Below the pieces are notes generated by a model. It saw nothing but the letters and a program-made list of their open reading frames with translations. It was not told the DNA's origin and made no database searches. A program made the translations under genes and the position numbers. DNA of 64,000 bases, from contig DASVYC010000054.1 in assembly GCA_036392375.1 (NCBI GenBank), positions 9,200 to 73,199 of the forward strand, given 5' to 3'. Within the stretch, counting starts at the first letter, position 1; the number at the start of each line of letters is the position of its first letter. This document shows, one piece after another, positions 19,463 through 28,860 of the stretch. Source of the stretch: Phycisphaerales bacterium (GTDB lineage Bacteria; Planctomycetota; Phycisphaerae; Phycisphaerales; UBA1924).

Positions 19463-20149
19463 TCAGGCGAGGGAAACGGAACGAACGCCGCAAAGGTACG
19501 TCGGGCGCTGACGGGCGGCGGTGAGGGCGTTGCGGTTGGAGAAGGGCCAGTGTTGCAAGACGTCAAACGGCGGATCGATGTGCTGGCGTCTCTCGCGATC
19601 CCAACAAATCTCGTTCGCAATCGCAATCCCGAAGCCCAGCATGATCCACGCGATCGCGACAAGAAATCCGGTTCCAACAAAGCCAGCACACATGAGGATG
19701 ACTGGGGCGATCACTAAAAGCAGCCAAGAGGAAAGCGATAAAAGTCCGATCGCGAGTGATGCATCGTTCGTTGAAGTCGCCTCACTCATTACGGCAGGTT
19801 CTGTGATCCGCGAGGACCGGAGCAGGAGGACGCACTGAGCAACATGTCGCCGCGTCACCCGCGACATGGCGTAACGACCCTTGAGTCTCCCAGAGTAGAA
19901 AACACCGGCGGTGTTCGACGCGGCGTCCCAGATTGCATCGACCAGAACGTCGGACCCGTAGAAACGCGAGATGCGGAAGTAGGAAGCCTCGTGCTCGTCA
20001 ACGGTGATCAAACCCGACGCGAGGTGCCGAAGCGTCTCCGCGTATGCCAGTCTCGCCGGGATGTTGACCTTTGCCTGAGCCACGGGCTCGCCGGTTCCTT
20101 CCGATGTGAGCTTTCTCGCCTTGCTGCTTTGAGCTTTACAGCCTCCCAA
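19463..20149 (-). CDS. hypothetical membrane protein (ORFan between pdhB and pdhC)
   Basis: 228-aa ORF with a soluble N-terminal ~120 aa, then 2-3 hydrophobic helices (LAIGLLSLSSWLLLVIAPVILMCAGFVGTGFLVAIAWIMLGFGIAIA). Locally lower GC (31/60 G+C hand-counted in lines 19681 and 19741). Start uncertain because it overlaps the pdhB stop. Confidence 0.5.
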   Translation of the reverse strand: MGGCKAQSSKARKLTSEGTGEPVAQAKVNIPARLAYAETLRHLASGLITVDEHEASYFRISRFYGSDVLVDAIWDAASNTAGVFYSGRLKGRYAMSRVTRRHVAQCVLLLRSSRITEPAVMSEATSTNDASLAIGLLSLSSWLLLVIAPVILMCAGFVGTGFLVAIAWIMLGFGIAIANEICWDRERRQHIDPPFDVLQHWPFSNRNALTAARQRPTYLCGVRSVSLA

Positions 20150-21173
20150 GGCTGCTCTTCACCGCCGCCATGATCTTGCCCTTGTGCGGCAGATACAGCG
20201 CCTCCAGGTTCTTCGCGTATGGCGTCGGCACGTCCTCGGTGTTCACACGCAGCGGCTGGTGGTCGAGGTAATCAAACCCACGTTCGCAGACCTGGGTCAC
20301 GACTTCCGACGCCACCGAAGCGAAGGGCCAGCACTGGTCCACCACCACGATGCGGCCGGTCTTCTTGATGCTGTCGAGGATCGAGTCGATGTCCAGCGGG
20401 CGGATCGTCCGCATGTCGAGCACGTCGACGTGGATGCCTTCCTTCTTGAGCTCGTCCGCGGCGTCGATGCAGAAGTTCACCGGGCGGCCGAACGACACGA
20501 CGGTGCAGTCGCTGCCCTGGCGGCGCAGCGCGGCCTTGCCGAAGGGAATCGTGTACTCGCCCGCGGCGACATGGCCCTTGTCGCCGAGCATGCGCTCGGA
20601 TTCGAGGAAGAAGGTCGGGTCGTCGTCGCGGATCGCGGTCTTGAGCAGGCCCTTGGCGTCGTAGGCGTTGCTGGGGATGACGATCTTGACGCCGGGGACG
20701 TTGGCGTAGAGGCCTTCGACGCACCAGGAGTGGGTCGAGCCGAGCTGGCCGCCGGCGCCGTCGTTGCCGCGGAAGACGACCGGACAGCCCCACTGCCCAC
20801 CGGACATGTAGAGCATCTTGGGGACGTTGTTCAGGATCTGGTCCGCGGCGACGAGGCTGAAGGACCAGGACATGAACTCGATGATCGGGCGCAGGCCGTA
20901 CATCGCGGCGCCGACCGCGAGGCCGGCGAAGCCGTTCTCGGAGATCGGGGAGTCGATGATGCGCTGGGGCCCGAATTCGTCGAGCATGCCCTGGCTGACC
21001 TTGTACGCGCCGTTGTACTGAGCGACTTCCTCGCCCATCAGGAAGATGCGGTCGTCGCGACGCATCTCTTCGGACATGGCCTCGCGAAGGGCCTCGCGGA
21101 ATTGGATCTCGCGCAGCGATCCGCCGCCCATCGGCTCCAGTCCCATCTCCGGCAACATCAACTCAGCAGGCAT
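20136..21173 (-). CDS. pdhB: pyruvate dehydrogenase E1 component, beta subunit
   Basis: Start taken at the ATG ending at 21173 (MPAELMLPEMG). The transketolase-like pyrimidine-binding and C-terminal domains (IDSPISENGFAGLAVGAA, GSTHSW) are E1-beta-like over their full length. The upstream ORF extension to 21419 is Arg-rich and treated as an artefact. Confidence 0.9.
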   Translation of the reverse strand: MPAELMLPEMGLEPMGGGSLREIQFREALREAMSEEMRRDDRIFLMGEEVAQYNGAYKVSQGMLDEFGPQRIIDSPISENGFAGLAVGAAMYGLRPIIEFMSWSFSLVAADQILNNVPKMLYMSGGQWGCPVVFRGNDGAGGQLGSTHSWCVEGLYANVPGVKIVIPSNAYDAKGLLKTAIRDDDPTFFLESERMLGDKGHVAAGEYTIPFGKAALRRQGSDCTVVSFGRPVNFCIDAADELKKEGIHVDVLDMRTIRPLDIDSILDSIKKTGRIVVVDQCWPFASVASEVVTQVCERGFDYLDHQPLRVNTEDVPTPYAKNLEALYLPHKGKIMAAVKSSLGRL

Positions 21174-21418
21174 GAGGCCATCTCCGGCGGCCGCGCGCCG
21201 GGGCAAGCCGCGGCGGCGTGAGGTCGTCTGTCGATCCCAAGGGCACATGAACCGGCTGCGGCGACACCCAAACGGACGCCTCGCACACCGGACGGGGATT
21301 CTACGCGCCTCCGCGGTGATTGTCGCTTCATGCGGTCGATACGCGGGCCGAGCCCCGCGCCCCACGGTTCGAGCTAGGGACGCCCACCTCTCTTGTTTCA
21401 TCCCCCGCGAAACACGCA

Positions 21419-23737
21419 TCAGGGGCCGGACACAATCGCTTCGAGGCGGGTGCGCTCCGCGGGATCGAGGCGACGCAGCGGGTCGAGTCGCATGTTCGCG
21501 TCGAGTTCAAGAGCCCGCGCGGCCCAACGGCGTGCGGTGTCCGACTGCCCGAGGGACTGCGCGAGGGTTGCCGCGGCGCTGGGGTGCAGCGAGTTCCACG
21601 GATCGAGCGCGGCGGCACGTTCGAGCGCTTGGAGCGCATCGGTACGAAGGGTCGGGTCGCCCCCCAGATCGGCGGCTCCGCGGAGCACATTCGCGAGCCA
21701 GGCCTGGCTCGCGGCGCGACGCAAGGGCAGGGTTGTGGCGTCGGCGGCAATCTGGATCGCTCTCTGGCGAAGGTCGCGCCGCTCGGAGGACTCGGACGTG
21801 TGCAGCGCCGCGAGCTGCAGCGCGACGCGCGATGCGGACTCGCGGGTTTGCGAGTCGGAAGGGGCGGCGGCGATCGCCGCGACCAAGTCTGTCAGACCGC
21901 GTGTCATGCCTTGGAGTCTCAGCTTCGTGATAGCGGCTTTGATGCTGTCGGCGTCGTTCCCGACCGCCGCACCGGTCGCGTCATGCAACTGGCGCAGCAC
22001 CAACGCACGGAAGCCGGGGTCCTGAGCCTCGGTCAGCGCACGGATAAAGGTGGGCGCCTGACCCATAGATGCGGCACCCGAACGCAGCAGCGATTCCCAA
22101 CGGCTGAGCGGGGCGATCCACGCGCTCGCGGCCAGCGCCACCCCGCACAGGGCGAGTCCGGGCGCGGCCCGGACTGCGGCCAACCGCGCGGGCGCGGCAC
22201 GAACCGGATCGGTCGCCCCTGCGAGGCCGACAAGGCATAGCAGGAGGCACGCCGAGCCGCCTTGGACCGGCGTGAGCTCGATCATGCCGTGGGTCATACC
22301 GACCGCGGCGGCTAAGGCCGCGGCGAATCGCACATGGGCGAGCGGTACACGCCGCACGACGTCGGCCGCGATCCAACAGGCGATCAGCAAGCCGCCGACA
22401 CGCACGAGCACGTTGGACGGCGAGGAGATCTCGATCTCGACCCACGATCCGGCGATGGTCACTCCAGCAAGCGTGAGCAGGGCGAGTCGTAGCGGGGTGC
22501 GACATTCGTCAATGGAGGAGTCCGTCGCGTCATCGCGGGCCGCTTCGCCGAGCCGTCTTGTCCCGAGCAACGGGCTCAACAGAAGCACGCTCCAAGCAAG
22601 GCCGCCGATGCCGAGCGTTGCGGCGAAGTCGAAGAAGACGCTGTGCGGGCTTGTGATCTCTTCGGGGTTGAGCGGGCTCTTGGCGAGCAGGTAGGCGTCC
22701 TTGAACCCCGCGGGGCCGACACCCAGCAGCGGGTGCTCGACGAAGATGCGTGCCGCCGCGGCGAGGTACTGGGCACGAAAGAACAACGAGAGCTCACCGA
22801 TCCGCTCGCCGACGATGCCCCGTAGCCCCACCGCCGCGAGGGCGAGCAGCGGCAAGGCGAGCAGCACCCACGGGGCAACGCGCGGCGTGCGTCGCAGCCA
22901 CGGCCAGACCACGATCGCGGCGACACCGAGCGCGGCCGCCGCCCAGCCGCCTTTACTTCCCGCGAAGATGAGGATCGAGACGCCGGAGACGAGAGCCAAC
23001 AGCGTCGCGACGGACACGCGGCGAGCCGTCATCACGAGCGCGATCGATGCCACGGCGGCGCACGCGCCGGCCGTGGCCAGCACATTGGACAGCCCGAGCC
23101 AGCCTGTGCCGGGCGCGTCGTAGAGGCGTCGCTCGAATGCCCTGGCGGCGAAGGAATCGGGCGTCCAGCCCTGAGCCGCGAGCATCGACTCGCGATTGGC
23201 CTTGAACATCTCGATTGTCTGCGGGTTCTCGATCAACACCTGCACGCCGGCCTTGAGGGCCAGGAAGGCGACACCGCCCAGCAGCACGCCCGCGGCGAGC
23301 CTTGCGACGCCCGCGAAGCGCGCCGTCGCGGACAGCGCGACGCACGCACTCATCGCGGCGGCCCAGGAGGCACCGAGCGTCATGTGATCTTGGGCAGCAG
23401 TTGGCGCCAGCCGTGCGTGCCACGCGATAGAGGCCAGCCCGGTGAGCAGCAGCGCCCATCGCCATATAGCGACGCCAACTCCTGCCGCGGCGCACAGAGA
23501 CAGCGTCGCGCCGCTCAGGGCGACGATCGCGATGTCGATCCCCAGGGTGGTCGTGGGTCCGAGGCCGATCACCGGCCCGGCGATGACGGCTGGATCGAGA
23601 TCCCACCCCGGAAACGCCACCGAAGGCGTAGTCGCCTTGAGCATCGCGAGGGCAAGGATGGCGGCGACGAAGACGGCGCTGAGCCGTTCAATGAGTCGTA
23701 AGCGGATCGCCTCGCGATCGATCGCGCCGGTGCTCAC
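21419..23737 (-). CDS. O-antigen ligase/polymerase-like (Wzy_C) polytopic membrane protein with C-terminal TPR region
   Basis: 772-aa ORF with a GTG start overlapping the upstream stop (GTGA). About 12 hydrophobic helices over the first ~450 aa, then a helical-repeat, TPR-like soluble tail. Confidence 0.7.
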   Translation of the reverse strand: MSTGAIDREAIRLRLIERLSAVFVAAILALAMLKATTPSVAFPGWDLDPAVIAGPVIGLGPTTTLGIDIAIVALSGATLSLCAAAGVGVAIWRWALLLTGLASIAWHARLAPTAAQDHMTLGASWAAAMSACVALSATARFAGVARLAAGVLLGGVAFLALKAGVQVLIENPQTIEMFKANRESMLAAQGWTPDSFAARAFERRLYDAPGTGWLGLSNVLATAGACAAVASIALVMTARRVSVATLLALVSGVSILIFAGSKGGWAAAALGVAAIVVWPWLRRTPRVAPWVLLALPLLALAAVGLRGIVGERIGELSLFFRAQYLAAAARIFVEHPLLGVGPAGFKDAYLLAKSPLNPEEITSPHSVFFDFAATLGIGGLAWSVLLLSPLLGTRRLGEAARDDATDSSIDECRTPLRLALLTLAGVTIAGSWVEIEISSPSNVLVRVGGLLIACWIAADVVRRVPLAHVRFAAALAAAVGMTHGMIELTPVQGGSACLLLCLVGLAGATDPVRAAPARLAAVRAAPGLALCGVALAASAWIAPLSRWESLLRSGAASMGQAPTFIRALTEAQDPGFRALVLRQLHDATGAAVGNDADSIKAAITKLRLQGMTRGLTDLVAAIAAAPSDSQTRESASRVALQLAALHTSESSERRDLRQRAIQIAADATTLPLRRAASQAWLANVLRGAADLGGDPTLRTDALQALERAAALDPWNSLHPSAAATLAQSLGQSDTARRWAARALELDANMRLDPLRRLDPAERTRLEAIVSGP

Positions 23738-24885
23738 GTGCCGCCCCCGATCGAACGTTCGGGCAAAGTCGGGGCCATGGAGCCGCGGCTGGCGTACTCA
23801 AGGAACGCGAGCACGCCGAGCATCGCGACGGTCCCGGCACCGATCGCCATTGCCACGGCTGGCTCGCTGCGCGTCAGCGCCAGGCCGGCGATGCCGCTGA
23901 GGACGCCCATGCCCCAGAGCAGGTACACCGCCCCGGCCCTTGACATCCCGCGTCGGACCAGGCGATGAGACGCGTGGTTGAGATCCCCGACCAGGGGCGA
24001 CTTGCCGTTCCAGAGGCGGACCAGCGTGATCACGGTGCAGTCGTAGATCGGCACCGCGAGCACCACGAGCGGCATGAGCACGGCGTGCGCGTGCGAGCCC
24101 TGCGGAGAGCCGGGATCAAAGTAGGTGATCCGAACCGAAGCGAACGCGAGCACGAAGCCGAGAACCAGGCTGCCGCTGTCACCCATGAACAGCTTCGCGC
24201 CGCCCCGCCGCGGGGCGTTGAAGAGCAGGAACCCGAGGCACCCGCCGATGAGCAGCGCCAGGCACCCGGCGATCAGCCATTGCCGCTTCTCTAGCGTGAT
24301 GACCAGCATCGCCCCGGCGGCGATGGCGCTGAGCCCGGCGGAGAGGCCGTCCATGTTGTCGAGGAAATTGATCGCGTTGGTGACGACGATGAACCACGCG
24401 ACGGTGATGAGAATCGACAACCACGGGCCGCCCACGTGGGGGTCGATCAGCGTCAGCAGACGTGTGTCGGTCCACAGGGGCACAGCGATCGCGGGAAGGA
24501 CCTGGAGCACGAGCTTGGGCCACGCGGGAAGGGGCTTGCGGTCGTCCACGAGACCAAGCAGGTGCAGCAGCAGCAGGCTTGTCAGCAAGACGAGGGCCAG
24601 TTCGGCCTTCTGCGTCACAAAGGAAAGGGTGCCCAGGGCGGCGCTCGGAAACACCTGGGGCGTGAACGCCGCGAGCAGCACGACGGCCAGGAGCGGCCCC
24701 GCGATCGCGGCGAAGATGGCGACGCCGCCGGTGTTGGGCACCCGTCGGGGAGCTTCCTTGATCTGGCCGGCCACGCCCCCGCCGTCGAAGGTGCGCATCC
24801 GGTGCCCGATCCCCACCAGCGCGGCGCACAGCGGGGCGCTGATCGCGAACGCCACCGGGATGAGCAGCAGGCACAGGACGAGCAT
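23734..24885 (-). CDS. undecaprenyl-phosphate sugar-1-phosphate transferase (MraY/WecA glycosyltransferase family 4)
   Basis: 383-aa polytopic ORF with family motifs NAINFLDNMDGLSAG and MGDSGS. Confidence 0.85.
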   Translation of the reverse strand: MLVLCLLLIPVAFAISAPLCAALVGIGHRMRTFDGGGVAGQIKEAPRRVPNTGGVAIFAAIAGPLLAVVLLAAFTPQVFPSAALGTLSFVTQKAELALVLLTSLLLLHLLGLVDDRKPLPAWPKLVLQVLPAIAVPLWTDTRLLTLIDPHVGGPWLSILITVAWFIVVTNAINFLDNMDGLSAGLSAIAAGAMLVITLEKRQWLIAGCLALLIGGCLGFLLFNAPRRGGAKLFMGDSGSLVLGFVLAFASVRITYFDPGSPQGSHAHAVLMPLVVLAVPIYDCTVITLVRLWNGKSPLVGDLNHASHRLVRRGMSRAGAVYLLWGMGVLSGIAGLALTRSEPAVAMAIGAGTVAMLGVLAFLEYASRGSMAPTLPERSIGGGT

Positions 24886-24894
24886 GGGAGGAGT

Positions 24895-25650
24895 CTAAGC
24901 GATAGGCCGCGTCGCCGGTCGCTCGCGGAGCACAAGCCACAACACGACCATGATTGTCTGCTGGATCAGGAACATCCACACCAGCCGCAGCGGCCAGGGG
25001 CCTAGCACGTCCATGACGGTGGCGGCTTCGGGCTTCGTGCGGCCCGCGAAGCCGTAGTTCGCGTCGATCGCGATGTTGAGAGGAACGATCGCCGCGGTGT
25101 AGATGACCATTGCCACCGTGACCGTCAGCAGGTCGCGCCCGGTCGCGCGGTAGCGGTGCACGCTCAAGAGGTACGCGGCGGCCATGACGATGGCGAGGTG
25201 TGATCCCCAGAAGAGCCAGAAGTAAGTGTGCGTGTAGCCCACGTGCACGATCGGCGAGACGAACGCCTGTGTCGAGAGACCAATGCCCCAGAAGACCACG
25301 AGCGTGCGGATCCAGCGCACGCTCGTGAGCAGCGCCAGCGGCGCGAGCAGAACGAGCAGATCGCAGAACTGCAGCGGCAGGCTCTTCTGCCAGCTGAAGT
25401 TCGACGGGGCGAGGAAGTACGCCGTGTATCCGATCGCGATCACACCCGTCGAGCCGCCCAGCGCCGAGCAGAAGCGCGACTCGCGGGCAACCTGGCCTTG
25501 CAGGAGCAGGCCACGCCCGACGCCACACACGATGACCACGGCCACAGCACACACCGCGGCGCAGAGCAGGTGAAAAGCCGAGAACTGCGTGAACGTGTCG
25601 CTCCACGCGGCGGACACGACGCTTGGTGCCTCTGCCGCGAGTCCGATCAC
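24895..25650 (-). CDS. TIGR02206/YwaF-family integral membrane protein
   Basis: Matches remembered YwaF-family landmarks SLPLQFCDL, FWGIGLSTQA, NYGF and VLGPWP. Start placed at the GTG ending at 25650, which overlaps the rlmN stop as GTGA. The ORF-track start at 25686 is the alternative. Confidence 0.65.
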   Translation of the reverse strand: MIGLAAEAPSVVSAAWSDTFTQFSAFHLLCAAVCAVAVVIVCGVGRGLLLQGQVARESRFCSALGGSTGVIAIGYTAYFLAPSNFSWQKSLPLQFCDLLVLLAPLALLTSVRWIRTLVVFWGIGLSTQAFVSPIVHVGYTHTYFWLFWGSHLAIVMAAAYLLSVHRYRATGRDLLTVTVAMVIYTAAIVPLNIAIDANYGFAGRTKPEAATVMDVLGPWPLRLVWMFLIQQTIMVVLWLVLRERPATRPIA

Positions 25651-26786
25651 GCCGCACCCGCGGCTTCGTGCCGGAGCTGGCCGCACGCGGCGGCGATGTC
25701 GCGCCCGCGGCTGGCGCGGATGTGGACGTTGATGCTGTGATTCCGCAGGATCTTCTGGAACTCGAGCACGTCGGTGTTCCGAGGGCGCTCGAACTCGATG
25801 CCGTTGACCTCGTTGTAGCGGATGAGGTTGACATTGGCGCGGATGGTCTTGGCGATCTCCGCCAGCCGCTCGGCGTGCTTGGGGCGGTCGTTCACGTCGC
25901 GGAGCAGGGTGTACTCAAGCGTGATCTCGCGACCTGTCTTCTCAAACCACCGCTGACAGGCGGCGAGCAGGTCGTCGATGGTCGTGTACTCCGCCCACGG
26001 GATCAGCTTGCGGCGGATCTCGTCGGTCGGGGCGTGTAACGAGAGGGCGAGCGTCACAGGCAGCTCGAACTCTTCCGCGAGCTTCGTGATCGCCTGCGGC
26101 AGACCGACCGTGGAGATCGTGATCTTGCGGGCGCTGATGCCCAGACCCCACAACGCCGAGATCGTGCGGATCGCGCCCGTCACGTTCTTGAAGTTGCTGA
26201 GCGGCTCGCCCATGCCCATGAACACCACGTTGCTGATGCGGCCGACATCCTGTAGCCGCGACAAACGCCAGACCTGCTCGACGATGCGACCGGATGTGAG
26301 GTTTCCGTCGAGCCCGCCAAGGCCGGAAGCGCAGAAGCGGCACCCGACCGGGCAACCGACCTGGCTCGAGATGCAAGCGGTCTTGCGGGTCTCGGTCGGA
26401 ATCATGACGCATTCAGTCTGACGCGTGCTGTCTTCGTCGATGCGGGGCTGACCGAGGATCGGCAACGCCGCGGTGGGCGCTGGTTGTGGCTCGATGGCCT
26501 GCGCTTCACCGGCGGCGAAGTCACGCCATTGAACGAGCAGCTTCTGCGTGCCGTCCGTGGCGAGTTGGTGACGGAGCGTGTCGCCGGAGAGGAATGTCAT
26601 CTCGGCCGCGAGCATTTCGCGGTCGCGTTTCGAAAGGCTCGTCATCTGCTCGGGATCGCAGATGCCCTTCTCGTAGACCCACTCGAGCATCTGCTGGGCC
26701 CGAAACGCCGGCATCCCCCGCTGCTCACACCACGCGGCGAGAGATTCGGGGGTGAAGTCAAAGATGTGGGTGGCGGGGTGGCGCAC
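25647..26786 (-). CDS. rlmN: 23S rRNA/tRNA (adenine-C2)-methyltransferase, radical SAM
   Basis: 379-aa ORF with radical-SAM cluster CPVGCRFCASG and RlmN-type N-terminal domain and C-terminal Cys. Confidence 0.92.
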   Translation of the reverse strand: MRHPATHIFDFTPESLAAWCEQRGMPAFRAQQMLEWVYEKGICDPEQMTSLSKRDREMLAAEMTFLSGDTLRHQLATDGTQKLLVQWRDFAAGEAQAIEPQPAPTAALPILGQPRIDEDSTRQTECVMIPTETRKTACISSQVGCPVGCRFCASGLGGLDGNLTSGRIVEQVWRLSRLQDVGRISNVVFMGMGEPLSNFKNVTGAIRTISALWGLGISARKITISTVGLPQAITKLAEEFELPVTLALSLHAPTDEIRRKLIPWAEYTTIDDLLAACQRWFEKTGREITLEYTLLRDVNDRPKHAERLAEIAKTIRANVNLIRYNEVNGIEFERPRNTDVLEFQKILRNHSINVHIRASRGRDIAAACGQLRHEAAGAA

Positions 26787-26788
26787 GG

Positions 26789-27829
26789 TTAACTCTTCGC
26801 ACTCACTGTCAGCGCCACCGCACCGTAGAGCTCCTTGGTGACCTTGGGGGTCCCCACGCGGATGCGAGACTGTTCCAGATCCACGCCGCGGGTCTTTCCC
26901 AGCCGCTTGAGCGACACCGGCAGGCCGAACTCGACGTCCTCGTTGAAGATCTCCCGCTGTTCGAGCTCGCCGCCGAAGCGTTGCAACAGCGTGCGGCAGA
27001 GGTCCGCCACGAGGTCTTCGGGCGCCGAGGCACCGGCCGTGATCATCACCGTCTCATTGCCCGTGAACCAGGACCATTCAAGCTCGCTCACATCGTCGAT
27101 GAGTCGAGCCGGCGTGCCGACATTCTGGGAGATCTCGGTGAGGCGCACGCTGTTGGACGAGTTTCGTGAGCCGATCACGATCACAAGGTCGCACTCGGGC
27201 GCGATCTGTCGCACCGCGTGCTGGCGGTTGGTGGTCGCGTAGCAGATGTCGCTGCTGGGGGGTTCCTTGAGCTGCGGGAATCGTTTCTTGAGCGCGGCGA
27301 TGATCACGCCCGCGTCGTCGGTCGAGAGGGTCGTCTGCGTCAGGTACACCAGCTTGGACTCGTCACGCACCGTGAGATGGGCCACTTCCTCGGCGCTCTC
27401 CACTACCGTGACCGCGTCGGGGGCCTCGCCGCGGGTCCCGACCACTTCCTGGTGATTGGCGTGACCGATGAGAAGAATCTGATAGCCCTGGCGAGCGTAA
27501 CGGATGCACTCGGAGTGGACCTTGGTGACAAGCGGGCAAGTGGCGTCGATGGTCTGCAGGCGTCGCCCGCGGGCGAGTTCACGGATCTGGGGGGACACGC
27601 CGTGGGCGCTGAAGACCACGATCCCGCCCTCGGGCACCTCTTCGAGACTCTCCACAAACTCCACGCCCTGCCGCTGAAAGCGGCCGACGACGTGCTTGTT
27701 GTGAACGATCTCGTGGTACACATAGATCTTCTCGCCCGGCAGAAGCGAGATGGTCTGGGCGACGACATCGACCGCCATCTGGACGCCGGCGCAGAAGCCT
27801 CGGGGATTGGCAAGAATCAGTTTCATCAC
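26789..27829 (-). CDS. ispH: 4-hydroxy-3-methylbut-2-enyl diphosphate reductase
   Basis: MMKLILANPRGFCAGVQMAVD N-terminus with three conserved Cys regions. LytB/IspH-like over its full length, with a ~35-aa C-terminal extension. Confidence 0.93.
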   Translation of the reverse strand: MMKLILANPRGFCAGVQMAVDVVAQTISLLPGEKIYVYHEIVHNKHVVGRFQRQGVEFVESLEEVPEGGIVVFSAHGVSPQIRELARGRRLQTIDATCPLVTKVHSECIRYARQGYQILLIGHANHQEVVGTRGEAPDAVTVVESAEEVAHLTVRDESKLVYLTQTTLSTDDAGVIIAALKKRFPQLKEPPSSDICYATTNRQHAVRQIAPECDLVIVIGSRNSSNSVRLTEISQNVGTPARLIDDVSELEWSWFTGNETVMITAGASAPEDLVADLCRTLLQRFGGELEQREIFNEDVEFGLPVSLKRLGKTRGVDLEQSRIRVGTPKVTKELYGAVALTVSAKS

Positions 27830-27918
27830 GGCCCTTCATCGTAGGAATCAGAAGCGACTCAGAACCGCCGGATTCTCTCCCACAGTTGCTCCCAGTGCTC
27901 GCCTCATCGGCTCCATCC

Positions 27919-28860
27919 ATGCACGTCGATCGCACCCAACCTCTTCGCCTACCGACCTCGGCAGCCTCGAGTTCGCAGGAGAACTTCAGCGTGCTCAGCC
28001 CGCTGGTGCCGGCCGACCTGCGGCCGCACTTCCGGGCGGTCTACGACTATTGCCGCTTGATCGACGATCTGGCCGACGATGCGGCCGTGTCCGCGATGAC
28101 CGATCCGGCCGAGTCAGTCACCGAGACGCGTCTGAAGCTGTTGGCCCTGGCCCGGTCGGAGCTGCACGCGGCGGCCCAGGGCTCGGCAACGAACCCGGTG
28201 TTCGCAAAGCTGGGGGACACGATCCGCACCAAGTCGCTGCCGCTCGAGCCGTTCGACGATCTCATCCGCGCGTTCGAACAGGACCAGCGGGTGCACCGAT
28301 ACGACTCGTGGGGCCAGCTTCTCGACTACTGCACCCGCAGCGCGAACCCGGTCGGGCGGATCATACTGATGCTGGATGCTGCGACCCCCGAGCGGGTGGA
28401 TGCCCAACATCTCCGACTCTCCGATCAGGTTTGCACGGCGCTGCAGCTCATCAACTTCTGGCAGGACGTGCGGCGTGACCTTCTCGAGCGGGACCGGATC
28501 TACCTGCCCGCGCAGGAGTTCCCGACCGACGGGCCGCTGGACGCGACGCTGCGCGACTGGATGTCGCGTCCGGACGATCCGGAGGCACGCGTGGCGTACA
28601 TCCGCCTTCTGCGCCCTCTCGTGCGGCGGACCGCGCAGATGTTCGCCGAGAGTGCGGCTCTGCACCGCCAACTCGGCCCGAGGCTCGGCCCGGTGGTCTG
28701 GCTCTTCTGGAAGGGCGGCTCCGAGACGCTCCGCCGCGTCGAGCGTGAGGGATGCACCACGCTTTGGAAGCGTCCTCGGCTGACAGGCATGGAGAAGGGC
28801 TCCTTCGTGCTTCAAGCGATCGTGGGCAAGTGGCTGGGGCGGTGGCGCGGCGGTGCATGA
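27919..28860 (+). CDS. squalene/phytoene synthase family protein (HpnC/HpnD/Sqs-like)
   Basis: ATG 27919 (TTG at 27886 is the alternative). Asp-rich motifs YCRLIDDLADD and NFWQDVRRDL are typical of the trans-isoprenyl diphosphate synthase head-to-head family. Confidence 0.8.
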   Translation: MHVDRTQPLRLPTSAASSSQENFSVLSPLVPADLRPHFRAVYDYCRLIDDLADDAAVSAMTDPAESVTETRLKLLALARSELHAAAQGSATNPVFAKLGDTIRTKSLPLEPFDDLIRAFEQDQRVHRYDSWGQLLDYCTRSANPVGRIILMLDAATPERVDAQHLRLSDQVCTALQLINFWQDVRRDLLERDRIYLPAQEFPTDGPLDATLRDWMSRPDDPEARVAYIRLLRPLVRRTAQMFAESAALHRQLGPRLGPVVWLFWKGGSETLRRVEREGCTTLWKRPRLTGMEKGSFVLQAIVGKWLGRWRGGA

